In this document: positions 62,341-64,000 of the stretch, piece after piece | How the letters are laid out: the number at the start of each line of letters is the position of its first letter | Position numbering within the stretch: the stretch's first letter is position 1 | NCBI GenBank assembly: GCA_965655095.1 | Contig: CBFHFQ010000299.1 | Span: 1 to 64,000, forward strand | DNA: 64,000 nt | Source of the DNA: Haplodiscus bocki | Taxonomy: Eukaryota | Direction of reading: 5' to 3' | Translations under genes and position numbers: made by a program | The notes under the pieces: model-generated | What the model was told of the DNA's origin: nothing | The model's input: only the letters and a program-made list of their open reading frames with translations | Databases searched by the model: none

Positions 62341-64000
62341 AAAATTCGTATTGATTAAAAAAGAAGGACTTTTGATTGCTGAGAGATAAAACTTAAAATT
62401 ATCTCTACAAACCAGATTAATTCCAGAAAATCAACTAAAACTATCAAAAAACGTCAAAAATGAAAACGGAAACCCTAATACATCTTTACCCTTAAAAACC
62501 ATGAAAAACCACTACATGTTTTTATTTACCAGCCACTCTTACTAAAGTGTGCCTGCTGTAATTTCAACCTTCAAAATTAACTTGAAACATTGGAAAACCT
62601 CCAAATCACCTAAAAAATACGGTTGAAGTTCATTTGTTTCAAAACACCTAAACACTCCTTTTCAGCAATGTTTGTGGTCTTATACATATAAGTCTTGCTA
62701 CACAAAAATGCACAATCTTTTTGAAAGAAAAGAATTTACACACGGTCCGTAGCAAGGGAAAAACAAGAGAATTTTACAGCGCAAAAAATTTTTATACAAA
62801 GGATTCATACCAACGGTTTCTTGTCAAAATATAAATTTCAATGGACAAAAAAACTTTACCAGCCAACACTATTGAGTTTTCATGGCAGAAAAAAAACGTA
62901 ATTAAATAGAATTCTGTACAGATTTTTCAGCTAACCACCTTTTAACATCCTTATGAAATACGCCGATGAATCTGAGCTCGTGCACCTTGACTGTTTGCAT
63001 CTGAGACAAAAAGAAGGCTGACGAGGCTTTTTAGGAGACATTAACCAGTCGAAATACAAAAAAAACGCTAGACCAGTATTAAACAAATGATATAAGCTAA
63101 GAATAGTTTTTCTAACGTTTTCAACAAATTTAGTGAAAGCATAATTCCTCTAATAAATAGTAGAGATACGCCGACGAATTCAAAACTATATAAATGAAAT
63201 TTTTTGTTTTAAATCTCTGAGGGAATAAAATTTTGAAATGCATGAAATATAAATCTTCAAAAACACAATGGATGTAAATTTTTTACGTGGGAAAGAAAAT
63301 TTTCTCTCTTTCTCCAATTTAGGAGTAAATTTTGAAGTAATTTTTTTTCGCGTACTCCCGTTTCTGAACCAAACATGTGTCCTCTGAAAGTTTTCGTTGA
63401 AACCATAACAGTCATGTTTTTTTTGAAATTTTAATAGATACCTTCGAGAAGAAAATTGAAAAATCCTTTGCTATGAAAATATAAATTTTACATCGAGTAT
63501 GTAACTTGTACATTTTGTATTTTGTAAAATGAGAGACCTAATAAATTTAACCATAGACTAACCAATAAGCATATTAAGGCAAGTGGAAAAAAACTTTGTG
63601 CCAACAATATAAAAAATTCATGAATTTAGTTGGTAGAAAAGACCCTCTAGAAACTGGAGAACATGAAAACAAGAAAAATAGTGGTTTTCTGAAGCATCAA
63701 GAGAAATTTAAAATATCTCCAAATCTACTCATGTTAAATATACTGCTCATACAAAGAATAAAATTGTGACCTTACCGATAAAAATTTATGTGATTGATGA
63801 TCCATATATTTATCAATTAGACAACACAACTGATGAAGCTATTGAAGATTGCATGCAATATCTTCATAGAAATACAAAAAAGGTGAATAAAAGTTAAAAA
63901 ACGGTCAAAGAAAAAATGAAGGAGACGTGAACTGTTTTCCGGTAACGAATATTTTCATAATTAAAACAACTCAATCGATATACCGAAAAAAAAGATTTCA

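Noticed and set aside
63560-64000. Start of another viral or TE coding region
   Set aside because: Coding-like composition but no identifiable motif, and cut off by the window edge.

Overview
AT-rich eukaryotic (animal-like) DNA made almost entirely of decayed mobile elements; no host gene, rRNA, tRNA or CRISPR is supported. Main contents: (1) a full-length ~18.9 kb Maverick/Polinton (endogenous dsDNA virus) at 5314-24209 with AGTAGT...ACTACT ends and ~550 bp TIRs, each TIR being itself a ~400 bp fold-back. It carries decayed genes for a RING protein, packaging ATPase, minor and major capsid proteins, an adenain-type protease, a fibre-like protein, a membrane protein, an HNH-like nuclease, an integrase and a partly duplicated protein-primed PolB. 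(2) A minus-strand LINE (~25050-39600) interrupted by a 1.6 kb non-autonomous element, a complete BEL/Pao LTR retrotransposon carrying an extra antisense gene, and a FLYWCH-MULE transposon with a RING-like tail. (3) A second, truncated Polinton (~44140-53770) with similar PolB/integrase but very different capsid/ATPase genes and gene order. (4) Older LINE remnants and two ~360 bp tandem arrays, one with a 4-mer higher-order structure. Protein identities come from motif recognition in manual translations, not database searches. Boundaries marked approximate are uncertain by tens of bases.
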